Source: a bacterium (GTDB taxonomy: Bacteria; Hydrothermota; 32-111). From it: a stretch of 16,485 bases of DNA. The stretch covers positions 1 through 16,485 of the forward strand of contig JBFXGO010000047.1 of the NCBI GenBank assembly GCA_050239825.1, written 5' to 3'. The position numbers and the translations under genes were made by a program. The notes beneath the pieces were generated by a model. That model did no database searches. It was not told where the DNA came from and saw only the letters and a list, made by a program, of their open reading frames with translations. Below, piece by piece: positions 6,771 to 15,415 of the stretch (its first letter is position 1; each line of letters begins with the position of its first letter).

Positions 6771-6945
6771 CAGTCTGTAAAGACAAAATCTTACTCAACT
6801 CACCGTGTTGCATTTCAATTCTTATTTAACGCCTTTTTATTTTTCAATTTTTGCACTCTTTACCTTTTAACCGTTCAACCTTGTAACTTTTTTTACTTTC
6901 TTCACCTAAGTACCTTTTACCTTGCGCTTTTTTTTATGTTACTTC

Positions 6946-6973
6946 TTTACTTATATATAATTTTTGTTATAAT
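6946..6973 (+). promoter_or_regulatory. Putative valS promoter
   Basis: TTTACT(6946-6951)-N16-TATAAT(6968-6973) with extended -10 TG. SD AAGGAG at 6986-6991. Confidence 0.6.
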
Positions 6974-6996
6974 GTTTTTTTGATTAAGGAGTATTG

Positions 6997-9549
6997 ATGG
7001 ACAAGATTTATGATTTTCTAAGCAATGAGGCGAAGTGGAACAAAAAATGGTCTGATGAAAAGACCTATCACACTAACCCCGATTCAAGGGAGTGTTATTC
7101 AATAGTAATACCGCCGCCGAATGTTACGGACATTCTGCACTTAGGACATGCTTTTAACAATTCCATACAGGATATTCTCATTCGTTATCACAGAAACCGC
7201 GGTTATAATGCCGAATGGCTTCCGGGAACAGACCATGCCGGAATTGCAACTCAGGTTGTGGTTGAGAAGCTTTTAAAGAAAGAAGGAAAGAAAAAAGAGG
7301 ATTTTGGAAGAGATAAATTTGAACAGGAAGTTTGGAAATGGGCAAAGGACAGGCGTTTTACAATACTGAATCAACTTAAGGGAATAGGAGCTTCTTGCGA
7401 TTGGGAGAGAACGAAATTCACTCTTGACGAGGATATGTCCAAAACAGTTGCTGTGGTGTTTAAAAAACTATACGAGAAAAAATATATCTATAAAGGTAAT
7501 TATATAGTCAACTGGTGTCCCAGATGCCACACTGCTCTTTCCGACGAAGAGGTTGACTACCATGAAAAGAATGGAAAACTCTACTATATAAGGTATCCGC
7601 TCTCTGATAACAGCGGACATATAACCGTTGCTACAACAAGACCCGAAACAATGCTCGGCGACTCTGCAGTAGCTGTGAATCCGCATGATGAAGGCAAAAA
7701 ACACCTTATCGGGAAAAAAGTGACATTGCCTCTGATGAAGAGGGAAATAGAGATTATTGCCGATGAATTCGTAGATAAAGAGTTCGGCACCGGATTTGTC
7801 AAGGTGACTCCTGCGCATGACCCAAATGATTTTACAATGGGCATGAAGCACAATCTCGACAAGAGAGTCATTATGGATACAAGGGGATTCATAAATGACA
7901 ATGGTGGAAAATACAAAGGTCTTGAAAGGTATAAAGCGAGAGAGGAGATATTGAAAGACCTTGAAGAGCTTAACCTGATTGAAAAAATTGAAGATTATAA
8001 AAATTCTGTAGGAGAATGCTATAGATGCAAAACAACAATTGAACCATACCTATCCGAGCAATGGTTCGTAGATATGACGGCTCTTGCCAAGCCGGCTCTT
8101 GAAGCATCTTTAAACAACACATTGAAATTTTATCCTGCAAGATGGCAGGGAGTCTATAACCACTGGCTCATGAATATCAAGCCATGGTGCATTTCCCGTC
8201 AGCTCTGGTGGGGCCATAGGATTCCCGTTTATTACTGTGACAGCTGTGAAAGCGAACATGTCTCTGTAGAAAAACTGACAGAGTGCCCTAAGTGCGGAGG
8301 AACAGTCAGGCAGGATGAGAATGTGCTTGATACATGGTTTTCTTCTTGGCTCTGGCCATTCGCCACATTCGGATGGTCTGACAACAGCTCGGATTACAGG
8401 TATTTCTATCCCACAAAAGTTATTGTCTCAGCCTCTGAGATTCTCTTTTTCTGGATCGCGCGGATGATTATGGCAGGAATAGAATTCACAGGAGAACTTC
8501 CATTCAGGGACATTTTCATCCACGGCACAGTGAGGGACTCAAAAGGTGTCAAAATGTCAAAATCTCTCGGCAACGGCATAGACCCGCTTGTCATAACAAA
8601 TAAATTTGGAGCTGATGCTCTCCGCTTTACCATTGTTTTTCTTTCCGGACAAGGAAAGGACCCCAACATAAGCGAGAAGTCATTTGAACTGGGAAGAAAC
8701 TTTGCAAATAAGATATGGAATGCCGCAAGATTCATCCTTTCCGACTCGGAAGAAAAGGCGCCTCACAACGTCTCTCCTGAAGATGAATTTGACGGATGGA
8801 TTTTGTCAAGACTATCAGAGGCGGAGAAAAACTTCAACTCGGCTATTGGACAGTACCGCCTCTCCGACGGAGCGCAGATTATTTATGAGTTTTTTTGGAA
8901 GGATTTCTGCGACTGGTATCTTGAGATAATGAAAGCGAGGGGTAAAAAGAAAGCAACTGCGCTCTTTGTGTTAAAGAGAGTTATGATGCTCTTAAATCCT
9001 TATATGCCTTACATTACCGAAGAGCTGCATCAAATACTCGGCGGAAAAAGCTTGATCCATGAGGAGACCTACAGTGAATTTGAATTCAGCGATTCACTTG
9101 CTCTTGAAAGAGTTGAGAATCTGAAATCCCTCATCGTTGCCCTCCGAAATCTGATGCAGGAGACAAATGCAAAAAGAGTATTTGTTCTTTGTGATGAGGA
9201 TTTCTTCAATACTTCTGAAAAATCAATGGACCTGCTTTTAAAACTATCAAAGCTTGAGGCAATTGACATAGTCAAAGAGAAGGCGAAGAGGGCAATCGCA
9301 GTGCCTTTCGCGAAGGGTATTGTATTTGTCAGTGCCGAGCAGATAGGAAATCTTGAGGAAAGAATAATTAAGTATGAGAAGGAACTGTCACAGATAAATT
9401 CTGAAATTGAAAAGACCGAGAGAAACCTTAAAAACGAAGGTTTTCTCAGCAAAGCGGATGAATCTGTTATTCAGATGATGAAGGAAAAGGTCGTTGAATT
9501 CTCTTCAAAGAAGGAAAGAATAGAAGAAATCCTTAAATCATTGAGGTGA
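6997..9549 (+). CDS. valS: Valine--tRNA ligase
   Basis: PPPNVT..LHLGH (HIGH), WLPGTDHAGIATQ, VATTRPETMLGD editing domain, WCISRQLWWGHRIP, DTWFSS, KMSKS and a C-terminal coiled coil. ATG at 6997 is 5 nt after SD AAGGAG. Confidence 0.98.
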   Translation: MDKIYDFLSNEAKWNKKWSDEKTYHTNPDSRECYSIVIPPPNVTDILHLGHAFNNSIQDILIRYHRNRGYNAEWLPGTDHAGIATQVVVEKLLKKEGKKKEDFGRDKFEQEVWKWAKDRRFTILNQLKGIGASCDWERTKFTLDEDMSKTVAVVFKKLYEKKYIYKGNYIVNWCPRCHTALSDEEVDYHEKNGKLYYIRYPLSDNSGHITVATTRPETMLGDSAVAVNPHDEGKKHLIGKKVTLPLMKREIEIIADEFVDKEFGTGFVKVTPAHDPNDFTMGMKHNLDKRVIMDTRGFINDNGGKYKGLERYKAREEILKDLEELNLIEKIEDYKNSVGECYRCKTTIEPYLSEQWFVDMTALAKPALEASLNNTLKFYPARWQGVYNHWLMNIKPWCISRQLWWGHRIPVYYCDSCESEHVSVEKLTECPKCGGTVRQDENVLDTWFSSWLWPFATFGWSDNSSDYRYFYPTKVIVSASEILFFWIARMIMAGIEFTGELPFRDIFIHGTVRDSKGVKMSKSLGNGIDPLVITNKFGADALRFTIVFLSGQGKDPNISEKSFELGRNFANKIWNAARFILSDSEEKAPHNVSPEDEFDGWILSRLSEAEKNFNSAIGQYRLSDGAQIIYEFFWKDFCDWYLEIMKARGKKKATALFVLKRVMMLLNPYMPYITEELHQILGGKSLIHEETYSEFEFSDSLALERVENLKSLIVALRNLMQETNAKRVFVLCDEDFFNTSEKSMDLLLKLSKLEAIDIVKEKAKRAIAVPFAKGIVFVSAEQIGNLEERIIKYEKELSQINSEIEKTERNLKNEGFLSKADESVIQMMKEKVVEFSSKKERIEEILKSLR

Positions 9550-10601
9550 TGATGAGCAAGAGCGTGACAAAGGGAATCCGAATATTCGTTCTGATAACTG
9601 TTTTAACCAGTATTGTCATGCTTTTTTTCACTGTCTCAGAAGAGACATGGCGCTCATTGGAAAAAATAAAGCCGATATATTTTTTAATAGCATTGGTTCT
9701 TCTTCTCGCTTACTACTATCTTGACGGACTAAGAATCAAGTTGCTTGCAGATGCGCTGGGATATAAAATATCCGTTATGACTGGAATTGATGTGGTGGTG
9801 GGAGGAATATTTCTTGCGGCAGTGACTCCATTCCAGTCAGGAGGCTACCCATTTCAAGTCTATTGCCTCAACAAGAGGGGCATACCGTACGGAGAGGGAA
9901 CCCTGATTCTTTTCATGCGCGGAGTTCTTGCAATTTTTTTTCATATTGCCGCACTTCCGTTCATATTCGTCACATACTCCTCTCTTCTTGAAAACAGCAT
10001 AGTAAAATGGCTCATAAGGTACATAATGGTATTGTATCCCGTGATGCTTTTAATTGCCATTATAGCCATAGCATTTCCCGGGAAGGTTGTGTCATTCATG
10101 ATGGCAATTGACAGAAAGTTCAACAAAAATGCAGGCAAGAACCAAAGCAAACTTGCCAAGGCTGCGAACTGGATAGATACTGAGATAAAATTATTTAAGA
10201 ACGGATTGGTATTTTATTTTACAAAGCGCAGGGCGTCTCTCTTCATAAATCTTGCTCTTACATTTATCGGTTATATACTGTTTTTCTCTCTTGCCGCAGT
10301 GATTTTGTATGCTTTGGGAGCCGGAATGAAAAATCCCGTGGCAATAGCAAGTCTGCAGTTTCTCCATAATTTCCTTGTATATTTCACTCCGACTCCGGGA
10401 GCGAGTGGAATCGCAGAGGCATTGTTCGCAATACTCTTCAAGGACATATGTCCGAAGGAGATTCTCGGACTCTATGCGATAATCTGGCGATTCTTCACTT
10501 TCACCATCGGAGCATGTATCGGAGGCTTTTTAACCCTGAAGATTGTAAATCAGTCAGGAACCACTTTGGATGAACTTATGAAAGATGAGAAGGGAAAGTG
10601 A
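9546..10601 (+). CDS. UPF0104 / lysylphosphatidylglycerol synthase TM-region (YbhN-like flippase) membrane protein
   Basis: Multi-TM protein with AVTPFQSGGYP, PTPGASGIAE and IWRFFTF motifs. Overlaps the valS stop. Confidence 0.85.
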   Translation: MMMSKSVTKGIRIFVLITVLTSIVMLFFTVSEETWRSLEKIKPIYFLIALVLLLAYYYLDGLRIKLLADALGYKISVMTGIDVVVGGIFLAAVTPFQSGGYPFQVYCLNKRGIPYGEGTLILFMRGVLAIFFHIAALPFIFVTYSSLLENSIVKWLIRYIMVLYPVMLLIAIIAIAFPGKVVSFMMAIDRKFNKNAGKNQSKLAKAANWIDTEIKLFKNGLVFYFTKRRASLFINLALTFIGYILFFSLAAVILYALGAGMKNPVAIASLQFLHNFLVYFTPTPGASGIAEALFAILFKDICPKEILGLYAIIWRFFTFTIGACIGGFLTLKIVNQSGTTLDELMKDEKGK

Positions 10602-11592
10602 TTTGAAGAATAGCATAAGAAGGGGGATTTTTCTCTTTGTTGTTTTCACCGCCGCAGCATATTTTTTAATATTCATTTTTTACCTGAAAGATCTGCCCCA
10701 AAACATTAGTATTGATTTTAGGCTGACGCACATTTGCGGAATAATGCTTCTTTTTTCAGTATCGGTTGTTTTCAATATACTGAGGGTCTTCTTCCTTGGA
10801 AAAATCTTTTCCAAAACATTCACATTTTATGATTCATCTCTCTTCACTCTCGGCGGAGTTCTCCTTGCCCTCATAACTCCCTTTCAGGCGGGAGGAATGC
10901 CCTTTCAGCTTTATATAATGTCCAAACGATCGATATCCCCGGGCGAAGGCTCTTCAATCCTTATCAGCAGAGGGCTTCAGTCGGTTGTTGTATTTATTGT
11001 GACAATACCCTTTACCTTGACATTCTTTTCCCATCTGCTCACAGGTAGCATGGTGGCGAATCTTATAAAATATTTCTTGATGTTATACTCGGTTCTATTT
11101 GTTGTAACAGCTACAGTCCTCTCATTTACGGAAAGAATAAAAAGAATCCTCACGGAAAAGAAGATGAATGTCAGATTGAGGAATGCTCTCTTTAAAGTGC
11201 TTGATGAAGTTGTCAATTTTAAAAAAGCAATTTATGCAATGTTTACAAAAGGCATTAAAGAAAGCATTTTTTCGCTTATCTGCACATTTATTTCTCTTTA
11301 CGCAGGATTCGCTCTGACATACTTCATAGTGCTTATGGCGAAGGGGAGCACCGACTTTTTCCTTTCATTTAACATTCAATTTATTCTCACATACCTTTCG
11401 GCATTTGTGCCGACTCCCGGCTCAAGCGGAGTTGCCGAAGGCGGGATTGCTCTTCTTTACTCTCAGATAGTTCCCAAGCAACAGATACTCTTGTTTATAT
11501 TTTTGCTGAGGCTTGTGACAACTTACATACCGGCCCTCTTGGGGCTTTTTCTCATGTTCGGCAAAAAGAGCATTCTTCAAGAGATGAAATAA
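10585..11592 (+). CDS. UPF0104 / flippase-like membrane protein, tandem paralog
   Basis: ITPFQAGGMP, PTPGSSGVAE and LRLVTTY motifs match the preceding gene. The start may be TTG at 10603. Confidence 0.82.
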   Translation: MRRESDLKNSIRRGIFLFVVFTAAAYFLIFIFYLKDLPQNISIDFRLTHICGIMLLFSVSVVFNILRVFFLGKIFSKTFTFYDSSLFTLGGVLLALITPFQAGGMPFQLYIMSKRSISPGEGSSILISRGLQSVVVFIVTIPFTLTFFSHLLTGSMVANLIKYFLMLYSVLFVVTATVLSFTERIKRILTEKKMNVRLRNALFKVLDEVVNFKKAIYAMFTKGIKESIFSLICTFISLYAGFALTYFIVLMAKGSTDFFLSFNIQFILTYLSAFVPTPGSSGVAEGGIALLYSQIVPKQQILLFIFLLRLVTTYIPALLGLFLMFGKKSILQEMK

Positions 11593-11593
11593 G

Positions 11594-12403
11594 TCACCTG
11601 TTTAAAAAAATTATTCTTATTCCGGCGGCAAAGAGAGCAATTGAAAGAATTATCACTATAAATTTTTCATTTACATGTCTTGATAATTTTGCTCCCACCT
11701 GAGCTCCCAAGATCGCTCCGATTGAGAGCAAAACCGCAAAAGAAAGAAACTTGAAATCATTGGATATTATGAAATGGGTGGCAATCGAAGCGGCGCTCAT
11801 TATCATCAGCGTAAAATGAGATGTGGCGGTTGCTATATGAGCTGGGATGCAGAGCATTCGTATCATGGCAGGCACATGTATTATTCCGCCGCCTATGCCG
11901 AGTATTGGAGAGATGAATCCTGTAAAAACGCTTATCAGAATCCCCTTATAGCAATTGTATGAGTATTTGAATATATTGCCGTCGCAGTCTTTTACCTCGC
12001 ACTTTATTTGATGCTTTGACACTTTTCCCGTGACATCCGGCTGTGGTTTTTTTATAAAGGAGAGAAGAAGGGAGATGGAAATAAGGAAGACTCCGAAGAG
12101 AATGTTGAACTCGCCTCTTCCTATGATTTTTGTTGCCAATGTTCCGAGAACAGAGCCCGGAAGAGTCGCTGATGCGAACATTGCGCCGGTTTTAATATCC
12201 ACTCTCTTCATCCTCAAGTATGCCGCTGTTCCGGAGAGTGAGTTGAAGAAAATCACAATCATTGATATAAGAGTAACATCTTTTACATTCATAGAAGGAT
12301 AGATGAGAAGAAGCACAGGCATCAGAATAAATCCGCCTCCTGCTCCGATGAGCGTTCCAAGCGCTCCAACCATAAAACCAATAAGAATTAAAATCGACAG
12401 CAT
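11594..12403 (-). CDS. Sulfite exporter TauE/SafE family membrane protein
   Basis: Duplicated glycine motifs GTLIGAGGGFILMP and SPILGIGGGIIHVP, plus ATATS. About 8 TM segments. Confidence 0.92.
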   Translation of the reverse strand: MLSILILIGFMVGALGTLIGAGGGFILMPVLLLIYPSMNVKDVTLISMIVIFFNSLSGTAAYLRMKRVDIKTGAMFASATLPGSVLGTLATKIIGRGEFNILFGVFLISISLLLSFIKKPQPDVTGKVSKHQIKCEVKDCDGNIFKYSYNCYKGILISVFTGFISPILGIGGGIIHVPAMIRMLCIPAHIATATSHFTLMIMSAASIATHFIISNDFKFLSFAVLLSIGAILGAQVGAKLSRHVNEKFIVIILSIALFAAGIRIIFLNR

Positions 12404-12409
12404 GATGAT

Positions 12410-12437
12410 ATTATGCTGTTAACATTTGAACAGTCAA
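12410..12437 (-). promoter_or_regulatory. Putative promoter of the TauE/SafE gene (probably leaderless)
   Basis: On the minus strand TTGACT(12437-12432)-N16-CATAAT(12415-12410)-N6-ATG(12403), with no SD. Confidence 0.5.
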
Positions 12438-12464
12438 GTATATTGTTCGGAAAAATTTGAATTG

Positions 12465-12492
12465 TTGACTTAAAATCAATAATCTATATACT
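12465..12492 (+). promoter_or_regulatory. Putative promoter of the 507-aa hypothetical gene
   Basis: TTGACT(12465-12470)-N16-TATACT(12487-12492). ATG lies 9 nt downstream and there is no SD. Confidence 0.5.
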
Positions 12493-12501
12493 TTCAAAAA
12501 T

Positions 12502-14025
12502 ATGAAAAAGAATGTATTGCTTTTCATCATAATTTTGCAGGCGATTATTTTAACCGCACAGAGCGGGGATGCATTCATATTCGGCGAGAGAATTCTCTCT
12601 CTGATGCAGAAATCTGTTCCGGAGAGTGAGAGGGACATAGTGAGAAAGAGTGTCGCCCTTCTTTATGCGCAGACCGATTATGAGGAGGAGGGAATCGCAT
12701 CTCTGATGACAATAAGAAACGAGAGCGAATATATTCCCGCAGTCATGACTTTTACAAACATAATGGCGGGTAAGTTTAATTTTAAAACAGCGAAAAAATC
12801 GGTTTCTCTTCTTAAGGGAGAATACAAACTAGAGGCAATGCTGGTAATCGCCGATGAAATGATAAACTCCGGAATCACTAATGAATGTGGGAAATTCTTG
12901 GAGGGCTGCGAATCAGCAATAGATAAGGATTTTGAACCGTATAAGACATCAAAGTTTCTGTCGGAACTCAGCACTCTCTACTATAGACTCAACAATACTC
13001 CAAAAGCTCTAGAGCTTATAAGCAGGGCGCTCTGGACTGCGCAATCCATAAAGGATGGAGATAAGAAGGCATTTGCCCTTAAGGATGTCTCACTCGCTTA
13101 TATTTCCATGAACAACAGACTGATAACCGGCATTGTGGAGAATCAGATAAATCAGACGAAGAATCAAAGAACTCTTCTTGAAATAGCAAAAGATTATCTT
13201 GAAGCAGGGGAGGTCGGAGGCACAAAAAAATTCCTGAAGACCGCGAAAGCAAGAACCGAAAAAGAAAATGATCTGAAGATGAAATCAGGACAGTTTTATG
13301 AAGCTGCTGTTCTCTATAAAAAAATAAAGAGTGAGAAGGATGCGGCCGAGTGCGCTAAAATGTCACTCAGCACAGCAAAGGTTATCCTGTCGCGGAATGA
13401 CAGGATAAATGCAATGATACGGGCGAATGACATCCTGAAAGAGGACAGCGTCTATTCGACTGCTCTGCAGGAGATACTTCTGGTGAAGGATTATAAGACG
13501 AGGGTTGATATGATAATAGATATATCTTCGGGATATATGAGGATGAATGCCAGAGAGAAGGGATTTTTCCTTTTGAAGATGATACTGGTGGATGTTAAGA
13601 AAAACAAAAAAATACTTCAGACAGAGAAAGTGTTGGAATCAATATCGGATATCTATATAGATAACGGCTCCAGCAGAGAGTGCGATGAATTCATTGACAT
13701 TTTAAAGAGGGATTTTTCAGAGTATCCCCTGATAATTTCCAAAATGTACCATGCAAACAACAGCTACAAATCAGCGATAAAATATGCGGAAAGGATAAAA
13801 GATTCAAAAAAACGCTCTCTTCAAAAAATAAAGATAACGGAGATGGTTTTTTCTGCATCTGACAAACAATTGTCTCAGGAAGTTCTGTCGAAGATGCTTT
13901 ACGAAATTTCTCTTTCAGAGGATGCATTATTCAAATGCATCCTTCTGGCAGATGTTTCAATCCTATGCATCAAATATCAAATATCCCTCGACAGAGAGTC
14001 ACTATCTCTGCTTGAAAAAATCTAA
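12502..14025 (+). CDS. Exported hypothetical protein, alpha-helical / TPR-like repeats
   Basis: 507-aa ORF with signal peptide (MKKNVLLFIIILQAIILTA) and TPR-like segments such as LSELSTLYYRLNNTPKALELISRAL and LLEIAKDYLEAGE. Family not recognised. Confidence 0.7.
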   Translation: MKKNVLLFIIILQAIILTAQSGDAFIFGERILSLMQKSVPESERDIVRKSVALLYAQTDYEEEGIASLMTIRNESEYIPAVMTFTNIMAGKFNFKTAKKSVSLLKGEYKLEAMLVIADEMINSGITNECGKFLEGCESAIDKDFEPYKTSKFLSELSTLYYRLNNTPKALELISRALWTAQSIKDGDKKAFALKDVSLAYISMNNRLITGIVENQINQTKNQRTLLEIAKDYLEAGEVGGTKKFLKTAKARTEKENDLKMKSGQFYEAAVLYKKIKSEKDAAECAKMSLSTAKVILSRNDRINAMIRANDILKEDSVYSTALQEILLVKDYKTRVDMIIDISSGYMRMNAREKGFFLLKMILVDVKKNKKILQTEKVLESISDIYIDNGSSRECDEFIDILKRDFSEYPLIISKMYHANNSYKSAIKYAERIKDSKKRSLQKIKITEMVFSASDKQLSQEVLSKMLYEISLSEDALFKCILLADVSILCIKYQISLDRESLSLLEKI

Positions 14026-15293
14026 TCTTTCTTTTTCTTGTAGGGAAGGTTCTTTGTTATTTCATCCAAAGCTATTCCCCTGTTTATAAAATAATCCTCG
14101 ATTTTCTTCTTTGTGGCATCATCGACTCTTCTCTCTATCGGATTCATTGCGCCGTCTCCGGCAAAAGAGATTAATCTGACTGAGAAATCAATAAGCGCTG
14201 ACAGCCCGTCCGGTGAAACATGATTCATTCCATCATCGGAAGTGTGAACATAAGCAGAAGGAAGGCCGCCCGCCCTGTAGAGATTGAGTGTGGGAACTCC
14301 CTCATACGAAAATGCCATATTGTCGCTTGAATAAATATCTTTTGCCACCTTGATGTTTATGCCATTATATCTGGCAATTGATTTGGCAACGGCGCATATG
14401 TCATCATTTCCGGTGACAATGCAGTAATTGTTGCCGACAATGTCGCCGGCGACATCTATGTTGATGCCGAAATTTATATTTCCCATAATATCTTTGTTTT
14501 TTGAAACAAAATACCTGCTTCCCCAAAGCCCCCACTCCTCTCCGGAGAAGAAGCAGAAAACAAGATTTCTTTTAACTGGATTTTTCCTAAAATAGCTCAA
14601 CAGCTCAGCCATAATTCCCAGTCCGCCGCTGTTGTCGGATGCTCCGGGAGAAAAAGGCACCGAATCTATGTGACCCATGACAAATATCGTCTCTTTTGTT
14701 TTTTTCGTTCCATCTATTTTTGCTATGACGCTTGTAGCGGCAGTTTTTCTTGTCTTTCCTGTTCCTACTGCTTTGACATGCTTTCCGTTCATTTCAATAA
14801 GCTTGACCGCATCCGCATATTTAATGTCAATCATCGGTATTATGCATTTGTCTCTGAACATCCAGCTGGACAGATGAAGGGATGAAGTTCTATTGTCGGT
14901 TCTTGAACATGTGATCATTGCCTTTACATTCTTTTTTTTTATTTCGGCAAACATCTTGTGTCCCGGCCTGTCTTTTATCATTACTATTTTTCCCGAAAAA
15001 TCAATATTGATATTTTTAAAATCCTCCGGAGATTCAATGCAGACAAGCTCTCCCGACACATTGAAAGGAACCGAGAGCCCATAGGGGGTTCCTTCAAGCT
15101 TCATTTTCCCTGCGCTTACGCTTCCTCTGCCCACCTCTGAAATATCAATGGGAAATGTCATCTTCTCGTGAGCAACTTTTATATCCTTCAAAAATTGTTC
15201 CAATGTTTTTATGCACCGTTTCTCTCCCTCTGTTCCTGCTATTCTAATTCCCTTGACTTTAAGCATCATATTGTAGGCAATTTTTCCGGACAT
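14022..15293 (-). CDS. M28 family aminopeptidase with PA-like insert
   Basis: Zinc-ligand motifs GHIDS, GASDNSGG, GEEWG, INIDVAG and YVHTSDD. Start is ATG at 15293 after SD AGGAGG (the ORF track starts at 15323). No obvious signal peptide. Confidence 0.9.
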   Translation of the reverse strand: MSGKIAYNMMLKVKGIRIAGTEGEKRCIKTLEQFLKDIKVAHEKMTFPIDISEVGRGSVSAGKMKLEGTPYGLSVPFNVSGELVCIESPEDFKNINIDFSGKIVMIKDRPGHKMFAEIKKKNVKAMITCSRTDNRTSSLHLSSWMFRDKCIIPMIDIKYADAVKLIEMNGKHVKAVGTGKTRKTAATSVIAKIDGTKKTKETIFVMGHIDSVPFSPGASDNSGGLGIMAELLSYFRKNPVKRNLVFCFFSGEEWGLWGSRYFVSKNKDIMGNINFGINIDVAGDIVGNNYCIVTGNDDICAVAKSIARYNGINIKVAKDIYSSDNMAFSYEGVPTLNLYRAGGLPSAYVHTSDDGMNHVSPDGLSALIDFSVRLISFAGDGAMNPIERRVDDATKKKIEDYFINRGIALDEITKNLPYKKKKD

Positions 15294-15313
15294 AATACCT
15301 CCTGTTTTTATTA

Positions 15314-15342
15314 ATCTTATCAAATAGAGAGTAAAAAGTAAA
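15314..15342 (-). promoter_or_regulatory. Putative promoter of the M28 peptidase
   Basis: On the minus strand TTTACT(15342-15337)-N17-TAAGAT(15319-15314) with extended -10 TG. Confidence 0.4.
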
Positions 15343-15363
15343 CAGTAAAATCCTCAATGGGTC

Positions 15364-15391
15364 TTGAATTGTAGAAGGAAAAAAATAGATT
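15364..15391 (+). promoter_or_regulatory. Putative promoter of the TonB-domain gene
   Basis: TTGAAT(15364-15369)-N16-TAGATT(15386-15391). SD AAGGAGG before ATG 15416. Confidence 0.4.
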
Positions 15392-15415
15392 ATACAGAGA
15401 ACAAAAGGAGGATTT

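Larger units (their letters stand above)
5643..6797. repeat. Modular tandem array of structured repeats (REP/BIME-like mosaic), locus 1
   Basis: The delimiter motif TGTAAAGACAAAATCTTAYTCA, or a degenerate version, occurs at 5686, 6033, ~6388, 6662 and 6776. Three full 104-bp cores plus one truncated core. Exchangeable flanking hairpin modules. No credible ORF. Confidence 0.9.

Noticed and set aside
5686..6797. CRISPR array
   Set aside because: The segments between the 22-bp delimiters are ~90-330 bp, unequal, and homologous to each other rather than unique spacers. No cas genes are in the window.
5643..6797. Autonomous IS, group II intron, integron cassette array or tRNA/rRNA cluster
   Set aside because: No transposase, RT or integrase ORF, no domain V motif, no clear attC RYYYAAC/GTTRRRY ends, and no tRNA cloverleaf or rRNA signature.
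6600..6996. T-box riboswitch leader for valS
   Set aside because: No T-box consensus (GGTGGNACC) or terminator/antiterminator is visible. A promoter lies immediately upstream of valS, and the same repeats occur after tonB.
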